Below are positions 21,705-34,454 of a stretch of 52,590 nt of DNA, in pieces. The translations under genes were made by a program, and so were the position numbers. Numbering within the stretch: the first letter of the stretch is position 1; every line of letters begins with the position of its first letter. This DNA is from Lobosporangium transversale (taxonomy: Eukaryota): the NCBI RefSeq assembly GCF_002105155.1, contig NW_019029000.1:620001-672590 (forward strand). The letters run 5' to 3'. The notes below the pieces were generated by a model. That model worked only from the letters and a program-made list of their open reading frames with translations. It was not told the DNA's origin and searched no databases.

Positions 21705-24700
21705 TATCAGCTTGGATTTGGACTCTCGGACTGCCACAATCCAGGGCAAGATGCTATCCAGTTACCCGAACCTGAGGAAGATAAACGTCCCTCCCTCATC
21801 CCTGGTTCTATACCAGAAGAAGAGCATACCAAAACATTTATCATTGAGAAAAAAGTGTTTATGAAAAAGATCTCACGTCCACTAGTCGACAATGCCCGGA
21901 TACCTAAACAGAGCTCATGCCCCGTACCGGAAATGAAAGTATTTTTACCAATCCCAGAGGGTACAGTCCTCTATAGGCGATCACGTCCTTTTGCTGAAAA
22001 ACAAATGTCCATCCTCAATGAAGCCATAGAAAAATGGTTGATAGATGACGTTATCACACTTGCCCCTGTAGGCAATGTGCACAATAATACTCTTACACTC
22101 ACAGCAAAGAAAGACCAAAATGACAATAAAACGTTATGGCGAGTATGTCTTGACCCTCGACCCTTAAACAGACATCTACCAGATGATAACTATCCATTAC
22201 CTCTTATAAATGATATTATTATTCGTCTCGCTGGTCATGCCATATTTACAACTATTGATCTCTCACAAGCGTATCATCGCATGCCAATTAATGAAGCAGA
22301 TCAACCCTTAACAGCGTTTATGCATCAGGGTAAACAATACATGTTTAAGAAGGCACCTTTTGGCTTGAAACCATTGTCCAGTCTATTTCAGCGAGGAATG
22401 TCTCGCATTCTTGGTGATCTTCCTTTCGTCTACAACTTCATTGACGATATCGTTATTTTTTCAAAGAACAGAGAGGAACATGCCGAACATGTACACACTG
22501 TGATTATCCGTCTCAACGATGCTAAGTTAATCATCAACAGTGGTAAATGTAATTTCTACAGTACGCAAATTTCATTGCTCGGCTTCATAATAGGCCTGCA
22601 TGGTAAAAGTGTTGACCCCTCTAAATTCGCAAATATCGATGATTGGGAGCCTCCAACTACTGCTAAGCAAATTCAATCGTACTTAGGCACATTCAACTTT
22701 TTCCGCGAATATATACCACTCATTAGTGAAGTTGCTGCACCCTTGGATGCTCTGAGATGTCGAACAGACACTTTCACATTGAATGAAGACCAGTTACAAT
22801 CTTTTAATGCCTTAAAGTCCTTGCTTACTCATGCACCAGTATTATCCTTCCCCAATTTTAATCACCCGTTCTACGTCGCGACGGATGCATCTGATGTTGG
22901 GATTGGTGCTGTACTGTATCAATTACCCCGAGGCATAAATCATCCGAAGGATATAAATTATATCTCATTCATGGCACGATCACTACATCAAAGCGAACGA
23001 AAATACAGCGCAACAAAGAAAGAGCTCCTGGCCATTGTCTTTGCTCTTAACAAATTCCACTACTATTTATGGGGTAGACATTTCGATCTGTACACAGATC
23101 ATCGTGCATTAATGTTTATTCATTCTCAACCTGATATGAATGCCATGATGACTAATTGGCAGGACGTAATATTACGATATTCATTTACGGTGCATTATCG
23201 ACCAGGAGTACTCAATGTTCTACCTGATGCTTTATCACGTCTATTCCCAGCACGCATGACTCTAAGACAACAAGCACTAGATGTGCATAATGAACCTATG
23301 TTAGCATACATCCATGCTATTCAAGTTTCTGACAATCCACGAAACATCGTACCCGAAGAAAAACGGCGAGATGTCATGTACCGCGCTCATGCGATGGGCC
23401 ACATCGGCACTAATGCTATGGTTAAATCTATCCATTCTGATGGCAAAACATGGCCACATCTAGCAAAAGACTGTACTGATTTTATCAAACGATGTCAATC
23501 ATGCCAACGTATGAATATTGCGAAAAAGGGTTACCACCCACTGAAAGCCATTCATGCCCAATTACCAGGAGAACATGTTGCTATTGATATAGCTGGCCCT
23601 TTCACAACATCTGAGAAGAACAACTCTTACCTGTTGATTATCGTTGACGTTTGTGCCCGCTTTGTATTACTTGATGCACTATCTGATAAATCTGCTCTTA
23701 CGGTTGCTACGGCGCTGTTTAAGCGATTTACAGACATCGGTTTTCCTCGGATCATTCAGTCCGATAACGGCAAAGAGTTTGTCAATGAGCTACTACGCAT
23801 CATTACCTCGCGAATGTTTATTGATCACAGACTAATTACTCCTTACCATCCCCGAGGCAATGGTGTAGCTGAAAATCATGTTAAAACTGCATGCCAAATG
23901 ATTAGAAAACAAATAAGACACGACAACAAACAATGGGATAATCATGTTCCGTTTGTCCAACTAAGTGCTAATACTCGTATAGTCAGCCTCCACAACTCCT
24001 CTCCTTTCTCTCTATTTTTTGCGCGCAAAGCCAATGGCTTCAGCAACTATACTGATGAAGATGGGAAACCTATGAGTCAAGAAGAGTTACTTGAAAGGCT
24101 CAAATACATGACAGAAATAGTCTTCCCTGCAATTCGACGCAAGTCTAAACGAACTCAGCAGAAAATGATAGAGCGATTTAATGCTACGGTACTTTTGAAT
24201 GAGTTCCCTGACGGAGCTAAAGTCATGACTCTCGATCCAATCCGTGGTAATAAACTTACCCCACGTTATGAAGGACCCTACACTGTTGTGAACAAGAGTT
24301 CTCATGGTTCCTATATACTCAAGGATGGCACAGGTGCAATTCTGGCCAGACATTATGCTCCATCTCAATTGAAACTCGTACTTGATGACTTTGAAGACAC
24401 GGACACATATGAAGTGGAAACTATAATTGATCATCGGCAAAATGCCTCGTCCCCTCATGAGTATGAATACCTCGTCAAATGGAAAAATTATCCACATGAT
24501 CTCAATACATGGGAACCTGAAGAACACTTCATTGAACGACAATGTATAACTGAATATTGGGCCAATCATCACGCCTCTAAGATTGTTAATGCTAGCCCCA
24601 AACGACCTCATAATTCCCTATCAGAACCTGTTGACTCGGTGCAGAATGTGTCGCCAACGTCTGATGACCATACATCTGTCAGAAAAACCTCTCGACCTAA

Positions 24701-25046
24701 ACGTCGACGCATGCGTCGTTAGATATATCACGACCGCCTTATTTATACCCACCTCAGTATCCATAACAGTAACAATCACAATAAGAGTAATAGCAATAAC
24801 CATAAAAAAAAAAAAAAAAAAAAAAAATTTAACAATCATACAAATCAACAATCGCAAAGCTTTATTTCTTCTCTTTACGGTTGCTATTTCTACTTGAAGT
24901 AGGACGCAGATTGTATCTCCTTGACCGCCCTACTTGCTTCTGCAAATCCTCCACCTGCTTGGTCAGATTTGCAATTATCTCTCCTTGCTCACTGCAAGCG
25001 AAATCACTATAATAATTTTGTGCAACATAGTATTTCGCCCATATTT

Positions 25047-25553
25047 CTAGAGCATTCCTTGCAACAGGACATTAACTAGTATAAATAGGTCTACTTTTCT
25101 ATCTAGTTCTGTAGCATAGTTCCCCCTGAATAAAGATACCTTTATTGCACCCTTAGATCCCCCTAGAACACTACCTTGACTTTTGCACTCACGCACCATC
25201 TTGTAAAGAGCTACGATGTCCAAGACCATCGTGTCTACTTCCTCCAATACTTTACGGCGCTGATGATGCTGCGCACGTTCAGATTCTCCAGCATCCTCCT
25301 CACCGCGCTTCCGCACACCAAGCGAAGTCCCTGTGGATGACTCGGTCACAATAGACCCACCAATCTCTAGAGACGGAGAGCGATCACGATAACGAGGACC
25401 CCCTCTCTCTCTCCAAAGTGCATGACGGTCGGCTTGTCTGAAGGCAGGATCTCTATCATCGTGCTCAAAACTATTCTCCCCACTAGTGAATGAAAAGTGA
25501 AGTTCAACAGGTGAACTTGAAGGTGAACTTTGAGGAACATTCTTGGAAGACAT
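25047..25553 (-). CDS. Hypothetical protein (orphan; possible further exon ~24862-25010)
   Basis: ATG-initiated open frame MSSKNVPQSS... with natural composition. A downstream coiled-coil/basic frame EQGEIIANLTKQVEDLQKQ..RKEKK* exists but its splice junctions could not be resolved. Confidence 0.45.
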   Translation of the reverse strand: MSSKNVPQSSPSSSPVELHFSFTSGENSFEHDDRDPAFRQADRHALWRERGGPRYRDRSPSLEIGGSIVTESSTGTSLGVRKRGEEDAGESERAQHHQRRKVLEEVDTMVLDIVALYKMVRECKSQGSVLGGSKGAIKVSLFRGNYATELDRKVDLFILVNVLLQGML

Positions 25554-25858
25554 TCTGAATATGTGTATAATGGAGTTGTTCACAGGAATATGAGTGTCTT
25601 GAAGTTTAGTTGAAAGTATGAGAATGGCGAAATGAAGAATGAAGGAATGAAAACGAAATGGCAATCAATTTATGCCCACAAGCATCCATTCACATCCTTT
25701 TCTTCAATTGCCATTAGTCATTTCAAATGGCGTGATGTTCAGAACAAATGAACCAATGAATGAATGAGATTTTGGCATGCATCAAAAAAAAAAAAAAAAA
25801 AACCAACAACAAATGTATTTTGAAAACAACACTTTATTCCGCAACTGGTTTAAAGGTT

Positions 25859-26521
25859 CTATACACATCTAACAACAGTGCTGCTTTTTCTTGCAAAAGC
25901 TTTGCTACGAGGCGAGTCTACATCAACTGACTCTAATTCAATGAGAACCTTTCGGAGTTGTCGTTCTGACATCCCCAACGTTGACTCTTGATAACTGCTT
26001 GACGTTTCTGTCACAACTTCAGTCTCCGTTGCTACTGTAGTGACGGCAACCTGTGCACGTTGTGAGGACTTAGCTGACGCTTCTAACCGTTGCCAGTCCG
26101 CCTCCTTGACCAACATCAGGTTACGACGTCTCAGTTGCTTGAACAACGATGGCTCATGTACCCAGAATACGTCAAAATTGTCACGGCTTATAGGTCTACT
26201 GTATAAGTCAAGTTTTTGTCCTCCCTCCAGGTAAAGATACTTGCGAGGTCGTACTTCGTCCCCATCCTGATAGAGTGGACTCTCTGTCCGCGCCCTGAAA
26301 TTGCAGTGTTCACTCTCCAAAAAGAGCTTCTTGATCCTGCGCCCATCCCTGGTAGGATGCTCCCATGGTACATAAGAAAACACTGGGTCAGCGGGTGGAC
26401 CATCAGTAGAAGGTGAAGTCTGGCGACTTGCGCTCTTATCACTCTCCAATTCATCACGAGCGCGTTTTTTGCCAGCAACCTTGTTGGTGGAAGAGGAAGC
26501 AGTGTTGTTGGAGGCAGACAT
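25859..26521 (-). CDS. Hypothetical protein, 220 aa, NLS-like KKRAR
   Basis: Uninterrupted ATG-initiated ORF, AT-rich flanks, AATAAA downstream on the minus strand. No recognisable family. Confidence 0.55.
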   Translation of the reverse strand: MSASNNTASSSTNKVAGKKRARDELESDKSASRQTSPSTDGPPADPVFSYVPWEHPTRDGRRIKKLFLESEHCNFRARTESPLYQDGDEVRPRKYLYLEGGQKLDLYSRPISRDNFDVFWVHEPSLFKQLRRRNLMLVKEADWQRLEASAKSSQRAQVAVTTVATETEVVTETSSSYQESTLGMSERQLRKVLIELESVDVDSPRSKAFARKSSTVVRCV

Positions 26522-26827
26522 AATGTAAGCAATGTAACGAACACGATAATAATATTTGATAGCTTGGTTGTGCGATGAAGAGAATCTGAATGTAAACGAA
26601 GTTGAGGAATGGAGAAATGAGAAACAAAAAGAACCTCATTAAGAAGCCGCCATTGCTATTCTCATTGTCTCTACTACCTTCATCCTGATTCGTTCCTGAC
26701 ATTACAAATTTTCTTCCGCATGATCTGATCTTTATTGATCATTTACACCAATCAACAACGCCAAATTGAAAACGTGTCCAAACGCGCCATTACCATTCCA
26801 CCAATCAGTGATCTATAATCATCCATG

Positions 26828-26873
<46 letters not shown>

Positions 26874-26905
26874 AAAGAAGAATGTCGATGCTTGGGCGAC
26901 AACCT

Positions 26906-26936
<31 letters not shown>

Positions 26937-27520
26937 TTTATATGCGCTTACATAAAATAAAGAACTGAGCAATCGCGATCATCCTTCGCGTCCTTTCTCA
27001 ACCCGCTTGGTGCCTGGAATGTTATGCTTTATTCCTCAATAAAAGAGAAAGTTGTTGTATATTTCATTATACAAGATAATAACGGCCCAGCTATAAGATT
27101 AAGAAAAATACTAAAAACACACTAGGAACACACTAGAGGAATTCCTAAAATTAATACGCTAAGAAAAGTATAATAATAATAACGCGTCACTAGAGACGCG
27201 ACAAAACACCGACATGGTTCCTGAATAATCCCATGTCGCTTCTAGATAGATATGTAGTTACTTGGTACGAGTCTCTCTACCAGAAAATGAATAAATACCC
27301 CATGGATGTGGTGTGTGGACCCACATCTTATTTTCACTTATCTTAGCTTCCGATAACTACTGTTAAATATTTTTCACAGGCGATCGCTTTCCAGAAAACC
27401 CGCTGTAGTCATCGTCACTCTCGAATTCGCACCTATTCTCGTTGAAAGTAGGGTCTTCGTCTAGATTTTCATTGACTTCCTGGTTGAATGAGTGATATTC
27501 ATCAAAGTCGTCGTTATTTT

Positions 27521-27578
27521 CTTCGCCATACTCTTCGTCCTACTCTTCGCCATACTCTTCGCCATACTCTTCGCCATG
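27521..27578. repeat. 12-bp tandem repeat (cttcgccatact) ~5 copies
   Basis: Visible directly. Reads EEYG repeats in a stop-interrupted acidic frame on the minus strand. Confidence 0.8.
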
Positions 27579-28288
27579 CTCTTTGTCGAACAAGAAATTT
27601 TCACTCTTATCATTCATCGTTGAATAAAAAAAAGGAATTGCGTTTCAAGGTCAGGCAGACTGATTCAGGAAGAGGAATGGAAAGTGGGAGCATGAAGAGA
27701 ATGAATGAGAACTGAAAAAACTTTATTAAACAAAACAAGAATATGGACACAAAAAGTTTTATCGCATATTGAGGGTTCTCTCCTCCACGAGGGGAACAAA
27801 CTGTTTTTTGTGGATTGAGTAAATGGGCTCAACATATTTAAAGATTGTTCCCTTTGTCTCTTTGCGAAGGCTGTTGCAAGAGAAGAATCTAGTACAATCG
27901 TATCAGTGTTACTTGGCGTCACAGACGATGATTATTGGTCTTTAAGATCTTTGAGATATAGAGATATAGAAGCCTAGCTATGGAAGTAGAAGTTGGCTTT
28001 GACTATATATAGTCAACATTAGTAATAAAGAGAAAGCAGAGGCAGAGATGCCGAGCATTTACTGAATTATTAAAGTACATGGCCGCTTTGCGAGACAAGA
28101 TCAGACAAATAAAGTTAATCTGTCAACTGTTCGTGGTATTAAGCGTGTCTTTAGGGATGATGCAGAAGGTTCTCTGAGAATTGAATGAGAATGGCAATGG
28201 CAATGGTAGTGCGAAAAGAGAAGAAGCCTGTTATGCACGCAGATGATTGTGGATTTTTTTAAGCCTGTGTGCTTTTCTTCAGGTTAGC

Positions 28289-28422
28289 GCTGTTTGTGCA
28301 ATAGGTTTGTGCTGTTTTCAGAACAGGTTCGCGCTGTTTTAGAAAAGGTTTGTGCTGTTTCAGAACAGGTTCATGCTGTTTCAGAACAGGTTCATGCTGT
28401 TTCAGAACAGGTTCGCGCTGTT
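28289..28422. repeat. 21-bp minisatellite (gctgtttcagaacaggttcat) ~6 copies
   Basis: Contiguous degenerate units with no spacers. Confidence 0.88.
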
Positions 28423-28996
28423 TGGGCATTAGGTTTGTGCTTGTTTTCTTCCAGCACGTGCTGGAAATCGAAACATCACACCCTTTCTCTTCAGGCTCAG
28501 ATCTCGGTCCGAGCCAAGGTTTACTTAACAAAATTCTTATAAGCTTGACCCTCTACTTTGCGCACTAAAGATTGTCACGTCACAATGACCCAGAAAATGG
28601 CACGTGGCTATTTGAAAAAAATATTTTCTCACACATCTCCTAACCTTAAAATAAAGGATCAAATTTATCAATTGCAATTGTCGCTCCTTTCCTTTGCTTC
28701 ACTTCATTTTTGCACTCTCTCTCCCTCTTCCTTTGCCCTTTTTTTTTCACTTTTTTCATATTTCACCCCAGTTTTGCTCCCATCAATTTTGCTCTTTTAT
28801 TTATTCCAAGCCTTCATCTATTGCCTTCCCTTTCCTTTCCTTTCCTTTCCTTTTTTTTTTTTGCCTTACACATTTTTCATTTTTGTTTTCATACAGCGAC
28901 CACGAGTGTGAAAGAGTATAGAATATACCTTCGCCTATTTAACCATCATTCTCCCTGCATTTCAACCACACTCAGTCCCACTCATCTTAATTTTCA

Positions 28997-31501
28997 ATGG
29001 CCACCACAAGGAGCTCAACACAAAAAAACATGGCTGCAAATGATTCCACAGAGAGCCAAGCACAAATAAAAATGACTGCAAATAAGCCTGAGGATGCCTC
29101 CACACTCAATAAACGAAAAAGAGTAAACCAGCACCCACAACGAAAAAAGCGCGCCATCCCACTGCTGCAGCTGAACTGTGTTGTCGAGGGAGAAGCAACG
29201 TCGTTCCCAGTAGAGATTTTCTGCGATAAATCGGTCGGGATGCTCAAGCAAGCCATCAAGGTAGCAAAGAAGCCAGAACTTGATCATGTTGCCGCAGATA
29301 AGCTCATCCTCTACAAGGTCTCCATCCCTGACGAAGACAAGACCGTCGTCGAGTCAGAAATCGAGTCAAAAGAGGCTCTCGCACCCGCGTCAATGAAGCT
29401 TGGGGTGATATTTAATTCTGAACTTCCAGAGAACACTATCCATGTTTTTGTCAAGCCACCACAGCGAGGTATATCTTTGGCTCTTGATGGACTGATTGTT
29501 GATATTTCAGCTGATGAAGCTTGGTTTATATCTTAAACGGCCATGTGCATGATATCACCATTTGGTTTGTGTCTTGATAACTCAACGTTCTTTCTCATTA
29601 TTCGCTTTTGATACTTAGCTCAGAAAAGAAAACAAGATGGAGATTCTGGTGAGTGCTTTTGGCTGAGAACCTGGTTATTGATCAATTCAGAGTGATGTGC
29701 AGTGCAATAAATCAAAAATATTGACTTTGATCACTCCTCTAAAAAAGATCGTCCAAGTATAAATAGAGATGCTCTTATGGATGCGATTACAGAAGCAGGG
29801 CTTGTAACGAAAGGGATAGTGAATGGTAGCCCTGCCATCTCGCGTCTAAACTCGAAAGAGAGGGTCAAGCTGCTTTCGTACATGGGGAAGGAGCTATCAA
29901 GAGATAGTATTTACTACAGCATTATTAGCGTGGCTTGCGAGCTCCGAAATTCTGGTGGTATCAAGGGTTCCAAAATATTGACTGCCCCTGAGGGTTGTAT
30001 CTTCCCTATTGCTAAAACAAGGCATCTTTATATCAGAGATGAATATAAAGAGCTTTATGACCATATTACATCCGGATTAAGTACCCCTCATGAAGTACCT
30101 CGTTTGAACCGACTCTTTGTCACTGGAACGCCTGGAATTGGGAAGTCAGCCTTTTTGGTCTATTTTGCCATCCGCCTCCTTGCCGAACACGATGAGGAAA
30201 ATCCACCGATTATTATTTTCCAAGAGAAGCAGTATACCAAATGTTATGTTTATGGAGGAACAACTTGCCAACGTAAAGGGAATATAACGATGTTCGAAGA
30301 TTTCCTTGACCTACGTGAAACGTGGTATTTAGTTGATAGTGGTAAAAATCCTCAACCAGGTAAAGCCAGGACGATATTTTCAGCATCGCCAAGAACTCTC
30401 TATGGGCATTACGATGAACTCACCAAGGAAAATACACCAAATAGCTACTATCACATGTCACTCTGGAGTCTGGATGAACTTAAGGAATGTAGAGCCAATG
30501 TAAAGTTTTTTCATGTAGTGAGTGAAGCATTTTTGGAGGAGCTTTTTTACCAGTTGGGGGGAGTGCCAAGACAGGTTCTACAGTGTCCAGCCGATATACT
30601 ATCCAAAAATCAAAAACATACTGAGCGTGCTAAAGAAGCTGCGTTATTCCGCGTCAATGATGCCATTAGAACACTCGAGAAACCAGCAGATCTTCTAAGC
30701 CTCTTTGCACGAGGAAAAGATGCGAGTGGATTTAGTCGTTTACTCCATAGAGTGCCCACTTCTGACCATCTCGACTTCTACCTGGTGTGGGCATCTCGTT
30801 GGGTCGAATCACAGATTATGGACAAAATAAAAGATAACACTTGGGTCGATGTGTTGGCGAAACTTGTCATAGGCGGAGAGGATATAGATAAAGGCCCACT
30901 GTTTGAAATCTATGCTCATCACTTATTTCGACGTGGTGATATTAGATTTCCCTTTAGGGATCTCCAGTCAGGCGAAACAGGATTTCTTGATTTTCCAGCA
31001 AATCCAGAAGAGGTGTTTATCCGGACTTCAGAGGAATTATCAGGGCTCACTCAAGCAGCTGGCAAGTTGTTTGTACCAGAACATTCTAAATTTCCGTGCA
31101 TTGATTTTGCATTGGGACCCAACAAGCTATTTCAGGTCACAGTATCAGAGGAGCATCCGATCAAGCAAGCATCATTCAAGGAGATAATTGATTGTATTAC
31201 TGGACCCTGCTTGAAGGGAGACCAATCAAAGTCGAAGGGGGACCGATCAAAGTCGAAGGGAGACCGCTCAAAGTCGAAGGGAGACCAATCAAAGTCGAAG
31301 GGAAGTGATGATATTTTCCTCTATTTTGTGGTGCCAGGAGACGTATATGACGACTTTAAAGTTCAGAACTTTCTTACCACCAGAAATACGGTCGTCAAGG
31401 ATCCATATAAATGCGTAAAACATGTAAGACAGTGTGTCATAAAAATCGACACCGAAGCTGCATATTCAGGAGGATCAGCCGGTACGAATCTGAAGAATTA
31501 A
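28997..31501 (+). CDS. Crinkler effector copy 3 (exons 28997-29468, 29619-29648, 29748-31501)
   Basis: Collinear with copy 1 at offset 19659. Six amino-acid differences in the first part of exon 3. Confidence 0.9.
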
Positions 31502-31814
31502 ATCGAATACCAATCAAGTGGATGAAATTTTGTCTTTTTTAAAAAAAGCATTATACCCGTTCCTTGAGAAATTTTTACAATGGTTCATTCTTTATGAATG
31601 AAGCCATCATTATCCACTTACCTTCTAGACGAATAAATAGAGCGGTTTAATCCGTCCTCCCTTCTACTGGGGCATTTAGAACTTTATAAAGCTGTGATCA
31701 TTATGCGATCTTGTGTGCAAGAAAAGGCAGGATTTTGTGATACTATTATCAAAGAGTTTTGTAAAAACGGATAGAGATGAAGAATCCTGTGGAGAACCCA
31801 GTGAGAGTCTGATG

Positions 31815-31945
31815 ATGAGACCCAAAATCATATTATTATCACCAGGACAGCTGGCATAGGAAATTATCCTTTCTCGTATGCTTTGTCATCTGGATGCTTG
31901 CCACTTGCGAAAGACCTATCAATTATCATCATCCAGGGCGCCAAA
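31815..31945 (+). pseudogene. Decayed CRN NTPase Walker A fragment (also at ~12156-12286 and inverted at ~13633-13763)
   Basis: HIIITRTAGIGN..(frameshift)LVCFVIWMLA parallels LFVTGTPGIGKSAFLVYFAIRLLA of the intact gene. Confidence 0.65.
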
Positions 31946-31999
31946 ACCTTTACCGGGAGCTAGGATGACAGCTCCACTCTAAAGACATAAATGTCGTTT

Positions 32000-34310
32000 T
32001 AGCCCCATGGTGCGTGCACGGGATGGCAACCTGTGACCAATGAGATCATATTAGTTGTATGTTCGGCCAATTCAGTGTCAGTATGTGAAGGCGGCGCGTC
32101 TTGAATCTCTAGGCGTCCAGGGACATGGAATAAAAAAACATCAAGAATGTGGCCAAGGCTGCCACGCGATTGACCGGTAAAATGTGATACAATATTGGAT
32201 TGTGTCGTCAGTATATTAATAGTTCTCGGTATATTAATGCTACATGCTGTTGAGGGCATCAATCTCGCCAGAATCATCCCCTCTCACATCAATTCATGCC
32301 AGACGGATGAAAGATTAGGAGGAAAAGGTCCTTGATGTCTGGGATATCCACGCTTGTTTATAGTCTCACCAAAAGTTCTGTGCCTTGCGTTCATAGGCGG
32401 TTAATCGCAGTTTGGTTTTCGTATACCCCTTGAAGAACGTAAGCAAAAATGCCTTTATGTTTTATATTTGATGCTCATCAATTTACCCTTTTTACTTGTC
32501 CGAAGGTAGAATGACGCCTAGCCAATGGATGCTATTGCAAGTGTGTCCACAGGTCCTTGGAGAAGTTCATTGAGGAAACTCGGTTCCATCCAGGACAGAT
32601 TTATTCCTAGCGCTCTTCACAAAAGTAGCAGAATTACTTGGTGGAGTTGGCTTTAATTGCCTTGACAAGCTCCTGCAAGATTGGTTCGACAATCTAATCA
32701 GGGTCCTTTCGGAGTGGCATCAAAGCAACTCTATGTTTTTGGTTGTTTTGAACGAGGCGCAGGATATTTGGAGGGGAGGCTAAATACCAGTGTATTAACA
32801 ACAACGACACTAAGCGACCAATATTATCAGCATTCTTTCATGGATTGGAGGGCTTATCAGAGGATTTACCACGAATTTGCATAGTTCCTTGCGGGATAGG
32901 CTTTTGTATTTATGATCCTGCTTGGGTTAAGAGAACTGGCAAAGCTTCAAGGAATATCGAGAAGTTCTCGATGACTTGAGGTTCAAGAGTGCAGTATCGT
33001 TTCCTAGATGGGATAATCAAGCAAAAGTCCGGACATACTTCAAGACACTCGTGCGATATTTGGAGAAATAAAGTTACTCAAGCTCTGCATCAAAGCGGAG
33101 AGGCCATTATAATGATCAAGCAATCGAGATGCTATATGCTTGGTCCTGTGGTCGTCTCCGTCCAATGATCACTATAATAGAAAACCTCATTGGACGTGCC
33201 GATGCAGGCCTTTGGAAGCAAGAAATCAAGGGCCTAGTGTGGTCGCTCACTGATCCAGGATATAAAGAATCTGGTAACCTATGCCATGAGTAATCTAGAA
33301 TTCTGAAGCGTATTAACAAAGGGGATGCAGGAATTAAAACCAGTGTCGACATCAGGAAAACCTTCGGTCGAGCCGTAAAGAATGAATAGATTACTATATA
33401 GTAAAGACTTGATATTGGAGTACAATGAACCTGTTCCGGTCGAGGTTTCGTTTGCTTGAATTGTCGTTAATCAAAGGAAGAAGGAGTTTACAATTATTGT
33501 TGAGCCAATAGCATTTATAGCAGCAATTAACTTGTTTGAAGTGGATGACCCTGGATTGGTTAAATTGGTTAATAGTGTGTTGCTAGACGCCCCTACGTCT
33601 GGCACAAAGGGCACACATTTTGAGTATTTCAGTCCCGCTTTGTTTAATTTCAATCTTCCAGAATTATAACAATGAACGAATTCTTGGATACTCACTGTAA
33701 CAAAGACTCAATACATGAATCCAAGTTAATCTCGCTCTTTTTTGTTTCCAAAAGAGAACCCATCTGGACCAGATATCGTCTTTGTACTAGAATCGGAGGG
33801 TAAATATTATCCTGATTCCGTACAGTCAAAATCGGCGATAAGGTCAAGAATTAAGGATGCTTACAATACAACTTGCCATAATTGCATCAAAGAACACCTC
33901 TCATCACCGTCTTCTCTCGGCTTTTGCTCGAATGGCATATCCTTGTTGCTGTTGTTTAGGCCTTACTTATCACGCTGCCTTATCATGTTGTCTTATCACG
34001 AACAGGGTGATTATTCGCTAGCTAAAGTCAAAGAAGTTCCTACCATCAAAGACAAACGAATAGAAACGACGTACTCAATATTAGCTTGTTGAACTTCCTT
34101 GAAAGTGCAAGGGAGTCCTTCAAGAAGTCAGAATTGACTCGAGTTGTGGAGGATGAGGGAGAAGGAAGCAAGCCCAAAGAACCACAGGCAAGGAGGACAT
34201 CAAGTGAATTGTCGATAAAGCTACAGCTATGGAAAATAAGGAAGAGCTGAGCAAACCCAGCGGATCAAATAAAAGAAAAAGTGTAAGCGGAGGACGACAA
34301 GCCCAATAGG
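32000..34310 (+). pseudogene. Decayed second-type CRN-like NTPase + restriction-endonuclease-fold gene (5' part also duplicated at ~12340-13404)
   Basis: Scattered motifs amid stops and frameshifts: VVLNEAQ (~32742), GRLRPMITIIENL (~33150), IVEPIAFIAA, KGTHFEY, FPKENPSGPDIVFVL..VQSK. Boundaries approximate. Confidence 0.6.
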
Positions 34311-34454
34311 TCAAGCAGGGATAAGGGACCAAGGAAAAAGTAGCGATCGCTTCTTTTACTTCTTTTTACTCGCCATTGTTTATGACAATGACACAGACAC
34401 AGTTTTGTAATATAGCACTAATAGATAAATTAAAATATCGCTATTCAATAAACC

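Larger units (their letters stand above)
18707..24722 (+). mobile_element. Ty3/Gypsy chromovirus gag-pol, 5'-truncated and split by two nested insertions (segments 18707-19362, 19844-20748, 21707-24722)
   Basis: Gag-like helical region and zinc knuckle CAKCNARGHLASEC. Protease ALVDTGAS..IIGMDLF. RT FIDD. RNase H ATDAS. Integrase HHCC/DDE (DIAG, SDNGKEF, NGVAE), GPY motif and chromodomain YEVETIIDH..YLVKWKNY..TWEP. Confidence 0.95.

Noticed and set aside
24804..24827. Poly(A) tail indicating a retroposed pol mRNA
   Set aside because: Similar 20-40 nt A/T runs occur throughout introns and intergenic DNA in this window, so it is not diagnostic.
27053..27378. Solo LTR TGTTGT...TCACA
   Set aside because: No matching TSD and poor terminal inverted repeat. 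Kept only as a candidate 3' LTR start in a finding.
28289..28422. CRISPR-like array
   Set aside because: Units are contiguous with no unique spacers, there are no cas genes, and the context is eukaryotic.
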